A stretch of DNA of 64,000 bases. It comes from Candidatus Elarobacter sp. Its GTDB lineage: Bacteria; Vulcanimicrobiota; Vulcanimicrobiia; Vulcanimicrobiales; Vulcanimicrobiaceae. Below are positions 48,311 to 58,332 of this stretch, piece by piece. The position numbers were made by a program, and so were the translations under genes. The stretch covers positions 1,514-65,513 of the forward strand of contig DASWRD010000093.1 in assembly GCA_036403315.1 (NCBI GenBank), read 5' to 3'. The notes below the pieces were generated by a model. It made no database searches and was not told the DNA's origin. It saw nothing but the letters and a program-made list of their open reading frames with translations. Within the stretch, counting starts at the first letter, position 1. The number at the start of each line of letters is the position of its first letter.

Positions 48311-48933
48311 TGGACGTCCTCGCCGACATCTCCGCGGTCCAGAACCGGATCGCCGAGATCACCGGTGCACCCGCACCGGGAAGCACGCCGCCCACACCGG
48401 TCGCCGTTTCGGCGTCCGCCGGTGCGCCGCGCTTCACGAACGCGCTCGCCGCCGCGCTGCGGCCCGCCAATCCCGCGCTCGGCCTGCAAGCCGGCGGCGC
48501 GGACGCACCGGGACGCGGTGCTCCGGCACCCGTAGCGCCGGCGGAGATCGATGCCCTCGTCGCGCAGAACGCCGCGACGTGGCAAGTCGATCCCGCGCTC
48601 ATCAAGGCGGTCATCGCGAACGAGTCGGGTTTCAATGCGAACGCGACCTCGAAGGTCGGGGCGCAGGGGCTCATGCAGCTCATGCCCGAGACCGCGGCGT
48701 CACTCGGCGTTCGCGACGCGTACGATCCTGCGCAGAACGTCGCGGGAGGCGCGCGCTATCTGCGCGGCCTGCTCGACCGTTTCGGCGGCGACAAACGCCT
48801 CGCGATCGCCGCGTACAACGCGGGCCCGGGTGCGGTGGAGAGATACCGTGACGTCCCGCCCTACGCCGAGACGCAAAGCTACGTGCAAAACGTCCTGGCT
48901 TCGTTCGACAAGTACAGCAGCAGCCGCCCTTAG
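48307..48933 (+). CDS. SLT lytic transglycosylase
   Basis: AVI..ES.F, GA.GLMQLMP.TA, AAYNAGPG, PPY.ET..YV. Confidence 0.93.
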   Translation: MMDVLADISAVQNRIAEITGAPAPGSTPPTPVAVSASAGAPRFTNALAAALRPANPALGLQAGGADAPGRGAPAPVAPAEIDALVAQNAATWQVDPALIKAVIANESGFNANATSKVGAQGLMQLMPETAASLGVRDAYDPAQNVAGGARYLRGLLDRFGGDKRLAIAAYNAGPGAVERYRDVPPYAETQSYVQNVLASFDKYSSSRP

Positions 48934-50467
48934 CGTCGCGCTGGCGCTGTTCGCATCACCCGCCGCTGCGAAGCGCGCGGCCGATACCGGCGTGCCCGTC
49001 GCGACCATCCTCGCCGCGTACGACAAAGCGACGCACGCCGACGACGTGAAGACGTTCGCGGCCGAAGGGACGCTCAGCGGCGAAGGGCTCACCGGCACGT
49101 ACAGCATCGTGCGCGACGGTGTGAACGAACGGCAGGACGAGGTGCTGGGGCCGCGGCACGAGACGACGCTGCGCCTCGGCGACCGGGTTTACGTGCGCAA
49201 CGCGAACGGCAACGTGCGCGAGCTGCGCGGCTATCTGCGGCGGCGCGCGCTCACCGAGGAGCTGCTGGACTCCGGCGACTTCGTGAAGCACCCCGAGCTC
49301 GTGCGCTTCGCCGGCTGGGGCGACGTGAACGGGACGAAAGCCTGGCGGATCGAGGTGAACGCGAAGGGCGGCGAGCCGGAGACGCTGTGGATCGACCCGG
49401 GCAGCGGGCTGCCGCTGCGGCTGGAATTCTTGGACGGCGACGGCCCGTCGTACGTCGACTACGCCGACTGGCACGACGTCAAAGGCCGCAAGATCGCGTT
49501 CCGCAACACGCTCACCGACGGCGACCACCGCTTCGACACCGTGCAGCTCACGACGTCCGTGCGCTTGGACGAGCCCGTCGATCCCGCCGCGTTCGCGCCG
49601 CTCGTGCCGAAGCTGCTCGCGACGGATCGCGTGCACACCGTGCCGCTCGTCGAGCGCGGGGGCCACGTCGGCGCGACGGTGCGCATCGCGAACAAGGACT
49701 GGTTCTTCATCCTGGACACCGGCGCGCAGTCGATCCTCGTCGACAGCGCGATCCTCAAGGCCGCCGGTGTCGACGGGCGCGGCGCGCTCGAGGTGCGCGG
49801 CGCGTCGCGCAGCGGCGGGCTGACCGTCGCCACGCTGCCGCGGCTGGAGGTCGACGGTGCGAACATGGACGACGTCGTCGTGTCGTCGCTCGACATCGCG
49901 CGCAACCTCGGCGGCGGCTTGCGGATCGACGGCATCCTCGGCTATCCGTTCTTCGGATCGGCGGTCGTCGAGATGGACTTCGCCAACAAGACGATGCGGT
50001 TCGGGCCGCCGGGCTCTTTCGTGCCCAAGGGCACGCGCATCGAGCTGGACATCGACCGCGAGCTCGCCGAGACGACGCTGCGCGTGAACAGCCGGCTCGA
50101 CGCGCAGTTCATCGTCGACACCGGCAACAGCGGCGAGATGCTGCTGTACCGCCCGTTCCTGGAAGCGCACCCTGGGATCGTGCCGTTCTCCGCGATGGGC
50201 TCGATGAACTACGGGATCGGCGGCGCCAACGCATCGTACCGCACCGTGCTCGACGGCATCCGCTTGGGCGGCTACGACCTGTTCCATCGCAACGTCGACG
50301 TCGTGCTCGCGACCAACGGCGCATTCGCCGACCGCGTCGACGCGGGCAACGTCGGCCTGGGGGTGCTGCGCAACTTCGTCGCGACGTTCGACCTCAGCAA
50401 TTCGGCGATGTACCTGACCCCGGGAAGCGGGTTCGACGACGGGCGGCGCCGCACCGCGCATCTCTAG
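48848..50467 (+). CDS. secreted protein with tandem retropepsin-like aspartyl protease domains
   Basis: Signal-like ALSVALALFASPAAA; FILDTGA...DGILG and FIVDTGN...GNVG; start (GTG after GGAG) uncertain. Confidence 0.85.
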   Translation: MTSRPTPRRKATCKTSWLRSTSTAAAALSVALALFASPAAAKRAADTGVPVATILAAYDKATHADDVKTFAAEGTLSGEGLTGTYSIVRDGVNERQDEVLGPRHETTLRLGDRVYVRNANGNVRELRGYLRRRALTEELLDSGDFVKHPELVRFAGWGDVNGTKAWRIEVNAKGGEPETLWIDPGSGLPLRLEFLDGDGPSYVDYADWHDVKGRKIAFRNTLTDGDHRFDTVQLTTSVRLDEPVDPAAFAPLVPKLLATDRVHTVPLVERGGHVGATVRIANKDWFFILDTGAQSILVDSAILKAAGVDGRGALEVRGASRSGGLTVATLPRLEVDGANMDDVVVSSLDIARNLGGGLRIDGILGYPFFGSAVVEMDFANKTMRFGPPGSFVPKGTRIELDIDRELAETTLRVNSRLDAQFIVDTGNSGEMLLYRPFLEAHPGIVPFSAMGSMNYGIGGANASYRTVLDGIRLGGYDLFHRNVDVVLATNGAFADRVDAGNVGLGVLRNFVATFDLSNSAMYLTPGSGFDDGRRRTAHL

Positions 50468-50534
50468 GCAACAACTTCGCAATTTGCCTGTCGCGGTGCC
50501 GGGCGTATGGTCGGGGCGGAGGCACCGACCGAAC

Positions 50535-51074
50535 ATGCAACACAGCACCGGCGTCGCGGTCGTCGCGACGCAGCTCCCCGGCACCGACCGCCGCGCGCTC
50601 TCGCAAGCGTGGTATAGCGCGCTCCACCTCGCGGAACGGCCGCGCGCCGCTGCGCACGCGCCGCGCGCGCGCGAATCTCTTTTGGGGGCGCCGAGCGGGC
50701 CGCGCTCCGCGACCGGCGCGAACGCTGCAGCGCGGGATGCCGCGAACGACACTGGACGAGGCGCAGGCCGAACTGCGCGCGGCGCGACCGGGCGCTATGA
50801 CGCGAACGCCGTCGACGCCGAACGGCGCATACCGAAGACGGAGCTCGCGCGCCAGATCGAGCGCGGGCTGGCGCGGCGGCCGGCGCGCGGCGCGCCGGCG
50901 TCGTTCGCGGTGCGCGGCGCCGGCGGGCGCGTTCACCTCATCGTGCGCAACGACGGCGCGCACACGCGCGTTGTCGCCGTGTGCGCGCCGCCGCTGCGCG
51001 AACGCGTCGAGCGCGCGCTGGCGCAGGCGCGCTTCGCGCTCGCCGGCCGCGGCGTCCGCGCGGAGGTCGCGTAG
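50535..51074 (+). CDS. hypothetical protein with FliK C-terminal-like fold
   Basis: Low-complexity middle, then GRVHL.V......V......R..VE.AL...R.AL...G pattern; partly positional. Confidence 0.55.
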   Translation: MQHSTGVAVVATQLPGTDRRALSQAWYSALHLAERPRAAAHAPRARESLLGAPSGPRSATGANAAARDAANDTGRGAGRTARGATGRYDANAVDAERRIPKTELARQIERGLARRPARGAPASFAVRGAGGRVHLIVRNDGAHTRVVAVCAPPLRERVERALAQARFALAGRGVRAEVA

Positions 51075-51800
51075 ATGCTGGGCGCATCGCCGCTCGACGC
51101 GTACGACCGCGTCCTCTCCCGCGCGCAGGATCTGCACGACGCGTTTCGGGCCGGCGCCGTCCCGCTCAACGGCGACGTCCGCACCGCACCGAACGTCGTG
51201 CCCTCGAGCGATCCGCTCGGCGTGGTCCCGCCGCCGGGCGCGTGGCTGGTCACGCGCGGCGCCGACGGCACGCGCGCGTACGAGCGCGACGGTGCGCTGT
51301 CGCTGGACGCCGGCGTGCTGCGCACGCGCGGCGGCGCCGACGTCCTGGGCTTTCCGGCCGGCGACGCGCGCGGTGCCGTGCCCGTCCCGCTGCGGATCCC
51401 CGACACCGACCGCGCGCTGGGCCGCGGCGCCGATGCGCACGTCGAATCCGACGGCACCGTCGCGTACACGCGCGCCGCGATCGACCCGCGCACGGGCGCG
51501 CGCGGCGTCGAGCGCATCGTGCTGGGCCGAATCGCGCTCGCGCGCTTCCCCGCGGGCACGCAGCCTGCGCGGCTCGACGGCGCGCGCGTCGCCGCGCCGC
51601 ACGGCGTCGTGCCGCACGTCGGCACGCCGGCGGACGGCACGTTCCCGCCGCTCGCGACGTTCAGCAGAGACGCCGGCGCCGTCGACATCGCCGCCGGGGT
51701 CGCGCGGCTCGACGAAGCGTACCGCGCGTTCGAAGCGATGGGCGCCGTGATGAAGTCGCGCGCGAGCATACAGAAGACCACCGTGGATCTCGTCAAATGA
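51075..51800 (+). CDS. FlgF/FlgG-like rod protein (divergent)
   Basis: AY.RDG.L.LD.G.L.T..G..VLG, DGTV, G.IALA.F, VD...L.EA.RAFEA. Confidence 0.7.
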   Translation: MLGASPLDAYDRVLSRAQDLHDAFRAGAVPLNGDVRTAPNVVPSSDPLGVVPPPGAWLVTRGADGTRAYERDGALSLDAGVLRTRGGADVLGFPAGDARGAVPVPLRIPDTDRALGRGADAHVESDGTVAYTRAAIDPRTGARGVERIVLGRIALARFPAGTQPARLDGARVAAPHGVVPHVGTPADGTFPPLATFSRDAGAVDIAAGVARLDEAYRAFEAMGAVMKSRASIQKTTVDLVK

Positions 51801-52633
51801 CGGGGCCGTCGCGCTGTCGCGCGATCGCCGACGCGGCGTTCGGCGCGCGGGCCGGGCGCGTGCGGCGCATGCGGTTCGTCCCGCGCGCGTCGATCCCGGT
51901 CGAGGCGGCGTGCGTGGTCGCGAACGGGATCCGCGAGACGCTGCGCGAGCTCTTCGGTGAGGCGTGCGAGCTGGTACTCGGCGAGCCGGCCGCGCTCGAC
52001 GCGGCCGCATGGTCGGTGCTGGCGCGTGACGCGCTGCTGTTCCTCACGCGCGGGCGTCAAACCGACATCGTGCTCGTGCTGCCGCACCGCGACGCGCGGC
52101 GGCTCGTGCTGCGCGCGTTCGGCGAGGGCGACGCGCCCGGCGCCGCGCCGCTGCCCGACGGCGCGTGCTCGGCGCTGGAGCTGCACGCGCTCGAGCGCAT
52201 CGCGGCGCGCTGCGCGGTCGCGTTCGATCCGCTGTGCGCGGAGCGCCGCGGCGGCTCGCGCGCAGTCGGAGCGCACGACGTCCCCGCGTGCGCCGCGTAC
52301 TTCGACGTGCGCGTCCACGCGCCGGTGCCCCTGACGCTGGGCATCGGGATCGTGCGCGACCTGCCCGATCCCGGACCGTCCGGTGCGCTCGCGCCGTCCG
52401 CGCTCGACTCGGTCGCCGTGGAAGCGCGCGCGGTGTTCGCGGAGGGGATCGTCGACGCCGCGGCGTTCGTGCGGCTGCGCCCGGGCGACGTCGTCGCGCT
52501 GAGCACCAAGGTCGGCGCTCCGGCATCCTTGAACCTCGGCGGCAGGCGCCTCGCTACGGGCGTCCCAGGCGTCGTGGCTTCGCGCACGGCCTTCCTCGTC
52601 CACGACGTCGCGATGGGAGCCCATTCTCGGTGA
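51797..52633 (+). CDS. FliM-like C-ring protein with SpoA domain
   Basis: S.LE motif and C-terminal L.PGDVV.L SpoA segment; precedes fliN. Confidence 0.65.
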   Translation: MTGPSRCRAIADAAFGARAGRVRRMRFVPRASIPVEAACVVANGIRETLRELFGEACELVLGEPAALDAAAWSVLARDALLFLTRGRQTDIVLVLPHRDARRLVLRAFGEGDAPGAAPLPDGACSALELHALERIAARCAVAFDPLCAERRGGSRAVGAHDVPACAAYFDVRVHAPVPLTLGIGIVRDLPDPGPSGALAPSALDSVAVEARAVFAEGIVDAAAFVRLRPGDVVALSTKVGAPASLNLGGRRLATGVPGVVASRTAFLVHDVAMGAHSR

Positions 52634-52884
52634 TGAGCGAGCAAGGAAAAAACCTCGACCTCTTGATGAACGTGCCGCTCAAGGTGACGGCCGAGCTCGG
52701 CACGTGCAAGATGCTGGTCCGCGACATCCTCAAGCTCGGCACGGGATCCGTCGTCGAGCTGGACCGGCTGGCCGGTGGCCCCGTCGACCTGCTCGTCAAC
52801 GACCGCCTCGTCGCGCGCGGCGAGGTCGTGGCCATCGACGAGAACTTCGGCGTGCGCATCACGGAGCTGATCGAAAAACCGTAA
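52633..52884 (+). CDS. fliN: FliN C-ring protein
   Basis: [42 protein letters not shown]. Confidence 0.95.
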   Translation: MSEQGKNLDLLMNVPLKVTAELGTCKMLVRDILKLGTGSVVELDRLAGGPVDLLVNDRLVARGEVVAIDENFGVRITELIEKP

Positions 52885-52929
52885 CATCGCGGCCACGGCA
52901 CGGCAACGCGCGGCGCGCAGCATGGTCGC

Positions 52930-53589
52930 ATGGACGATCTTCTGCGCATCGCGAACCACGGCCACGCCTCGCTGCCGCTCGACGTGCTCGCGGCGCTCAC
53001 GCTGCTCTCGCTTGCGCCGTTCGTGCTCGTGCTCTCGACGTCGTTCGTGCGCATCGTGGTCGTCTTGTCGCTCGTGCGCTCGGCGATCGGCGCGGCGACG
53101 CTGCCGCCGAGCACCGTCCTCACCGGGCTCGCGCTGATCCTGACGTTCGTCGTGATGTCGCCGACGTTCGCGGCGCTGCAGCGCGACGCGATCCGGCCGT
53201 ACGCCGCGGGAAAGCTCACGCAGTCCGCGTTCATCGACCGTGCGAGCCGGCCATTGCGCGCGTTCATGGTGCGCCAGACGAAGGCGCGCGACGTGGAGGT
53301 CTTCACGCGCGTCGCGCACCGCTCGCCGGACGAGCCCGCGCAGGACGTCCCGCTCACCGTGCTGATCCCGGCGTTCGTCGTGGGCGAGCTGCGGTCGGCC
53401 TTCGCGATCGGGGTCGCGCTCTATCTGCCCTTCGTCGCGATCGACCTCGCGGTCGCGGCGATCCTGATGGGGCTCGGGATGGTGATGCTGAGCCCGCCGG
53501 TGATCTCGCTGCCGTGCAAGCTATTGCTGTTCGTGATGGTCGACGGCTGGGCGCTGGTCTGCGGCGGCGTCGTCCAAAGCTTTCGATAA
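52930..53589 (+). CDS. fliP: export gate protein FliP
   Basis: TSF.RI.VVLS..R.A.G...PP..VL.GLAL.LT, PAF...EL..AF.IG, GM.ML.P..ISLP.KLLLFV.VDGW. Confidence 0.95.
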   Translation: MDDLLRIANHGHASLPLDVLAALTLLSLAPFVLVLSTSFVRIVVVLSLVRSAIGAATLPPSTVLTGLALILTFVVMSPTFAALQRDAIRPYAAGKLTQSAFIDRASRPLRAFMVRQTKARDVEVFTRVAHRSPDEPAQDVPLTVLIPAFVVGELRSAFAIGVALYLPFVAIDLAVAAILMGLGMVMLSPPVISLPCKLLLFVMVDGWALVCGGVVQSFR

Positions 53590-53647
53590 TTCGCTTCGTG
53601 GACAGCAAGAAAATGGTCTTTCGCGCGCCCTCGGGGAACTAGCCTCC

Positions 53648-54526
53648 GTGCGCATCGCGGAGAAGATCGGGACCCGGCGGCCGTTCTATTCGTTCGAGTT
53701 CTTCCCGCCGCGCGACGACGCCGCGGAACAGAACTTGCTCGACACGATCCGGGCGCTGAAGCCGCTCGATCCGGGGTTCGTCTCGATCACCTACGGCGCG
53801 GGCGGGTCCACGCGCACGCGGACGGTCGAGGTCGCGAAGCGGCTGCGCGCCGACGACGGCTTCGACGTGATGGCGCACGTCACGTGCGGCGGCGCGACGG
53901 CCGACGAGCTGCGCGCGCTGCTCACCGACCTGCGGCGTTGCGACATCGAGAACATCATGGCGCTGCGCGGCGACCCGCCGCGCGGCACCGCGACGTTCGT
54001 CGCGGCGGACGGCGGGCTGCAGCACGCAAGCGACCTCATCGCGCTGCTGAAGGCGGAGTTCCCGTTCTGCGTCGGAGCGGCGTGCTATCCCGAGAAGCAT
54101 CCGGAGGCGCCGAGCCTCGATGCCGATCTCGCGGCGCTCTCGGCGAAAGTGCGCGCGGGCGCGGAGTTCTTGGTGTCGCAATTGTTCTTCGACAACGCGC
54201 GCTACTTCGAGTTCGTCGACCGGGCGCGCCGCTGGGGGATCACCGTGCCGATCCTGCCGGGGATCATGCCCATCACGAACTACGAGCAGATCGACCGCTT
54301 CACGCGCATGTGCGGCGCGACGATCCCGCCGAGCTTGCGCGCGGAGCTCGAGGCGCGGCGCGACGACGCGCACGCGATCGTCGACCTGGGCGTCGCCTAC
54401 ATGACGCTGCAAGTCGCCGACCTCCTCGCGCGCGGCGCGCCGGGCGTGCATTTCTACACGCTGAACCGCTCCCCGGCGACACGTGCCGTCGTGTCCGCCC
54501 TGACGGCTGCCCGCCGCGCCTGGTGA
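53648..54526 (+). CDS. metF: 5,10-methylenetetrahydrofolate reductase
   Basis: SFEFFPP, SITYGAGG, ALRGDPP, YPEKHP, SQLFFD, PGIMPI, HFYTLN. Confidence 0.96.
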   Translation: MRIAEKIGTRRPFYSFEFFPPRDDAAEQNLLDTIRALKPLDPGFVSITYGAGGSTRTRTVEVAKRLRADDGFDVMAHVTCGGATADELRALLTDLRRCDIENIMALRGDPPRGTATFVAADGGLQHASDLIALLKAEFPFCVGAACYPEKHPEAPSLDADLAALSAKVRAGAEFLVSQLFFDNARYFEFVDRARRWGITVPILPGIMPITNYEQIDRFTRMCGATIPPSLRAELEARRDDAHAIVDLGVAYMTLQVADLLARGAPGVHFYTLNRSPATRAVVSALTAARRAW

Positions 54527-54547
54527 ACGCGGCGGGAAGACTGCAGC

Positions 54548-55534
54548 ATGATCCTCGTTCGGGCTAGGGCGTGGTGGTTCAACAAGGTGCCGCTCTCCGT
54601 CACCTTGGTGTTGCTGCTGGTCGACGGCCGGGCCGCCTCGCTCGGCGTCCTGGCGATGCTGGCGATCGTCGTGCTCACCGTGTGCGGTGCGGGCAACTAC
54701 GGCTACGCGCTCAACGAGCTGTTCGACGTCGAGGAAGATGCTCGCATCGGCCGCGCCAACGCGGCCGCAGCCGTCGGGCCGGCGCGCATGTGGGCGATCA
54801 TCGCGCTGTCCGCGCTTTGCGCGGTGGTTGGCGCCACGATCCTTGCCGGCGTGCCGGGCGCGCTGCTGACGCTGCTCGAGCTGTGTCTGCCGTTCGCGTA
54901 TTCCGTGCCCCCGCTGCGTATCAAGGAGCGCAAATGGCTTGGCGTCGCTGCGGACGGCCTTGCCGCGCATGTCTATCCCGCGGCGCTCGCGCTGCTCGCG
55001 GTGGATCACGCGATACCTCGCTCCGTCACGACCGTCCTCGCGGTTGCGGTGGTGGTGTGGTCGGCGGCCGCCGGTTTACGGGGTATTCTCTCGCACCAGC
55101 TTCACACCGCGGAGCAAGACACGAGCGCCGGCTTGAAGACGGTCGTTCACGATGTCGGATACCGGCGCTTGGAGAAGATCGTCGTCGCCGCGATCGTTCC
55201 GCTCGAAGTCGTCGCGTTCGCCGGTGTGCTGATCGCGTGCGACGCAGGCGTCATCCTTTGGGCCGGCGTTGCGCTGTATCTGGCGTACGAGGGTTTCAAG
55301 GCCGTCAGCGGACATTTTCGAGTAACCGCGTTTCGACCGCAGGGCCAACCGTATCTGCCCTTCGTCGAAGAAAGCTTCTACAAGGCGTGGGGCCCGGTCG
55401 TTCTCGCCTTGGACGCGGCCAGAATCGATCCGCGCTACCTGATCGTCATCGTGGTGTACGCGCTGCTTTTCCGACCGCATCTCCAGACGGAGTCGCACCG
55501 TCTTCGTTTGGTGATGGCGGCGCTTTCGCGCTAA
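54548..55534 (+). CDS. UbiA prenyltransferase-family membrane protein
   Basis: NELFDVEED (NxxxDxxxD), AYS.PPLR.KER, D..AGL.T; multiple TMs. Confidence 0.8.
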   Translation: MILVRARAWWFNKVPLSVTLVLLLVDGRAASLGVLAMLAIVVLTVCGAGNYGYALNELFDVEEDARIGRANAAAAVGPARMWAIIALSALCAVVGATILAGVPGALLTLLELCLPFAYSVPPLRIKERKWLGVAADGLAAHVYPAALALLAVDHAIPRSVTTVLAVAVVVWSAAAGLRGILSHQLHTAEQDTSAGLKTVVHDVGYRRLEKIVVAAIVPLEVVAFAGVLIACDAGVILWAGVALYLAYEGFKAVSGHFRVTAFRPQGQPYLPFVEESFYKAWGPVVLALDAARIDPRYLIVIVVYALLFRPHLQTESHRLRLVMAALSR

Positions 55535-56343
55535 CCCAGCCACGGCGCCTTGCGCCCGTTCCAGTGGAGGATCCGTACCTCCGGCAGCGCGACGCGAAGG
55601 CGTTCGACGAGCCGGTCGTCCCACGCGAGCGTCTCGGCCGAAACGCGGGCATGGTCGACGCAAAGATTCCACATCCAGCTGTCGAGTACGCGGTGCTCCA
55701 GACCCAACGACTGGATCGCCCAGATCAGCGCGCCTTGGTCGTGCCACGAGATGGCGTCGCGCACGGCCCGGTCGCGCGCCGCCGCCGCCACCGGAACGAT
55801 GTACGCCTCGAGCACTTCGTCGTCACGGCCCCGCTGCCAGCCGGACACGCCGCCGTTCGCGACGGGAACGTTCGGGTCGAAGCGCCGTCGAATCGGCAGG
55901 TACTGATAGAGCGCCGGAGAGTTCGGTGTCAGCTCGGGCGCCTTGTTTTCGGGCGTGAATACCGGGCCGTTTCGGAGCATCGCGAACAGCTCGTCGAGGC
56001 CGCGCAAGACCACGAGGTCGCAGTCGAGCCAGAAGATGTTCTTCGCGGGCGCGGCGCGTATCAGCAGCGGGCAAATCCAGAGCGGCCAGATTCGCTTCCC
56101 GGGCTTCGCGAGAGGCGCGGAGCCGCTCGTCGCGGCCATGAGCTCCGCGATCAACGGATCGGCGGGGAGATCGAGGACGCGCAAGTTCCGCCGTCGCGCG
56201 GCCTCGTCGCGCTGCGCCGGCGTCAGGCCCGCGTCATAACACAGCACCGGGCACGGATCGCTGCTTTGAATCGAACCGTGGAGCTGGATCAGCCCGGGAT
56301 AGTAGTTGCTGTCGCACAGCGTGACGACGGCGCGGTCAATCAC
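55531..56343 (-). CDS. GT-A fold glycosyltransferase (GT8-like)
   Basis: VT..D.NY..GL, FWLDCD (DxD), NGGV, HDQ..L, ILHWNG.K.PW. Confidence 0.78.
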   Translation of the reverse strand: MIDRAVVTLCDSNYYPGLIQLHGSIQSSDPCPVLCYDAGLTPAQRDEAARRRNLRVLDLPADPLIAELMAATSGSAPLAKPGKRIWPLWICPLLIRAAPAKNIFWLDCDLVVLRGLDELFAMLRNGPVFTPENKAPELTPNSPALYQYLPIRRRFDPNVPVANGGVSGWQRGRDDEVLEAYIVPVAAAARDRAVRDAISWHDQGALIWAIQSLGLEHRVLDSWMWNLCVDHARVSAETLAWDDRLVERLRVALPEVRILHWNGRKAPWLG

Positions 56344-57197
56344 CTCTCCGGTGCCGTGCGTGACAACCGGTGCGCGCGCGCATCGAGCGCTACGGCTAGA
56401 CGTTCGTCGCGCACGAGATCGCCGGTGGCGAGGCCGCGCGCGATCTGTTCCTCGGTCAGCACCTCGTTTGCGTACGCCTCGTCGAACTTTCCCTCGAGAT
56501 ACATCTGGTACAAGGACCGCCACGTCTTGCCGATCGCGGGAGACAGGTCGGTGTTGCGCGCGTAGGCCGCTCCCCCGTTCACGATCTTGTTCAAGAACTG
56601 CGCGCGCGACCGCACGGGAAAATGAAGGATCGTGATCGGCGCCGCGACACAGGGCGCGGCGCGGTCGCCGAAATACACGCTGTGATTTCCCTGCGCGACG
56701 ACGACGCCGGGCAACGCGCGGTGCGCGACCTTAGGCGGTAAGGGCTGACCGAGGAAATTCACCGAGGTTGCGTGGCGGACGTTCATGCGCCGCCAGAACG
56801 GTTCGCCGTTCTCGGCACGCGGCACGAAGTTCGTACGGTCGGCGGACGCGGCGACCGCGCTCGCTCCGACCGACGCGAGTGTGTCCTTGATCGAACCGGT
56901 GTGCGGCCACCAAAACTCGTCGGCGTCGCTATTGATCACCCAGTCGGCGTGGAGCTCCTCGCGCGCGCGGCGCGCCATGTCCGTCACCCACCGGCCTTGA
57001 GAATAATCGTCCTGAGGCTGAAACATATACTGCACGGAGCCCGCGCGCTCGTACTCGCGCGCGATGTCCGCCGTTCCATCGGACGAGAGATTGTCCATCA
57101 CGATGATCTCGTCGACGCCGCGGGCCAGATGAAAGTCGAGATTCTCCCGCAGAATGTCCTGTTCGTCCCGGACGAGGAGCGTCATGACGAGCTTCAT
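56340..57197 (-). CDS. glycosyltransferase family 2-like
   Basis: LLVRDE.DIL, DN.S.DGT, WVI..DADEF, HFPVRS. Confidence 0.85.
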   Translation of the reverse strand: MKLVMTLLVRDEQDILRENLDFHLARGVDEIIVMDNLSSDGTADIAREYERAGSVQYMFQPQDDYSQGRWVTDMARRAREELHADWVINSDADEFWWPHTGSIKDTLASVGASAVAASADRTNFVPRAENGEPFWRRMNVRHATSVNFLGQPLPPKVAHRALPGVVVAQGNHSVYFGDRAAPCVAAPITILHFPVRSRAQFLNKIVNGGAAYARNTDLSPAIGKTWRSLYQMYLEGKFDEAYANEVLTEEQIARGLATGDLVRDERLAVALDARAHRLSRTAPER

Positions 57198-57361
57198 CGC
57201 GGAACAGCCGATGGTTGCCGCACCGCAACCGTCATGAACGAGAGCCGACGAACATTCCTTCAAGCGCCGGTGCCGCGCGTCCCGAATGCCCCAAGCAAGC
57301 GCGCGTCAAACGCTAACACCGGCGTAACGCCGCGGCAATCGCGGTCTGAGACCATCGGCGC

Positions 57362-57628
57362 ATGGACGGATTCGACGGACTCTTGCGCGATGCGCTGCTC
57401 GTCACCGCGCTGCTCACGCTGCCGGTGCTGCTGGTTGCCACCGTCGTCGGAGCGGGCGTCGCGATCGTGCAAGCTGCGACGCAGGTGCAGGAACAGACGC
57501 TCACGATGCTGCCCAAGGTGCTCGCCGTGGGCGCCGGGCTGGCGGTGGGCGGGCGCTTGGGCCTAGCCCTGTGCGTGCAGCTGTTCACCGAGGTCGTCGC
57601 GCGGATCCCGCTGCTCGTGCGCGGATGA
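57362..57628 (+). CDS. fliQ: export gate protein FliQ
   Basis: P.L....VG..VAI.QAATQVQEQTL..LPK. Confidence 0.93.
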   Translation: MDGFDGLLRDALLVTALLTLPVLLVATVVGAGVAIVQAATQVQEQTLTMLPKVLAVGAGLAVGGRLGLALCVQLFTEVVARIPLLVRG

Positions 57629-58332
57629 CGCAGACGATGCTGCTCGCGTTCGCGCGCGCGGCCGGGCTCGTGTCGCGCGCGCCCGCGTTCTCACACCCGG
57701 CCGTGCCCGCCATGGTCCGGGCGGGCTTCGCGTTGGCGCTCGCGCTCGCCGTCGCACCGCACCTCGTGCGGGCGCGCACGATGGATCTGGCCGCGTTCAC
57801 GCTGGCGCTCGCGGGCGAGTTCGCGGTCGGCGCGGCGATCGGGTTCGGCGCGTCGTTGTTGTACGACGGCGCCTACTACGCGGGGCGCACGATCGACGAC
57901 TATCTCGGCGTGCGGGGCAGCGTCCCCGGCGCGAACGTCACGAGCGCGCAGGCGTTCGGGCGGCTTTGGTCGTCGGCGTTCCTCGTCGCGTTCGTGCTGC
58001 TCGACGGCTGGGTTCCGGTCGTGCGCGCGTTCGCGGGATCGTTCGAGCACGTCGCGGCGGGCGCGTTCGCGAGCGACGCCGCATGGACGCGCTTTGCGCT
58101 CGCGCTGCCGGCGACGATCCTGCGCGCGGCGTTCGTCGTCGCGGCGCCGGCGATCGCGGTCGCGGCGTCGCTGCAGCTCGTGCTCGCCGCGGTCGCGCGC
58201 GTCGTGCCGCGGTTCTCGAGCTTCACGCTCGCTTTCCCCGTTACGTTCGCGGCAGCCGTGCTCGTCACGCTCGCCACGCTGCCGCTGATCGCACCGCTCG
58301 GTGCGCGTCCCTGGATCGTGCTGCCATGGTGA
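57625..58332 (+). CDS. fliR: export gate protein FliR (divergent)
   Basis: R..G....P.F, E..VG..IG, AG..ID..G, A....AP, R.VP.......FP; between fliQ and flhB. Confidence 0.85.
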   Translation: MTQTMLLAFARAAGLVSRAPAFSHPAVPAMVRAGFALALALAVAPHLVRARTMDLAAFTLALAGEFAVGAAIGFGASLLYDGAYYAGRTIDDYLGVRGSVPGANVTSAQAFGRLWSSAFLVAFVLLDGWVPVVRAFAGSFEHVAAGAFASDAAWTRFALALPATILRAAFVVAAPAIAVAASLQLVLAAVARVVPRFSSFTLAFPVTFAAAVLVTLATLPLIAPLGARPWIVLPW

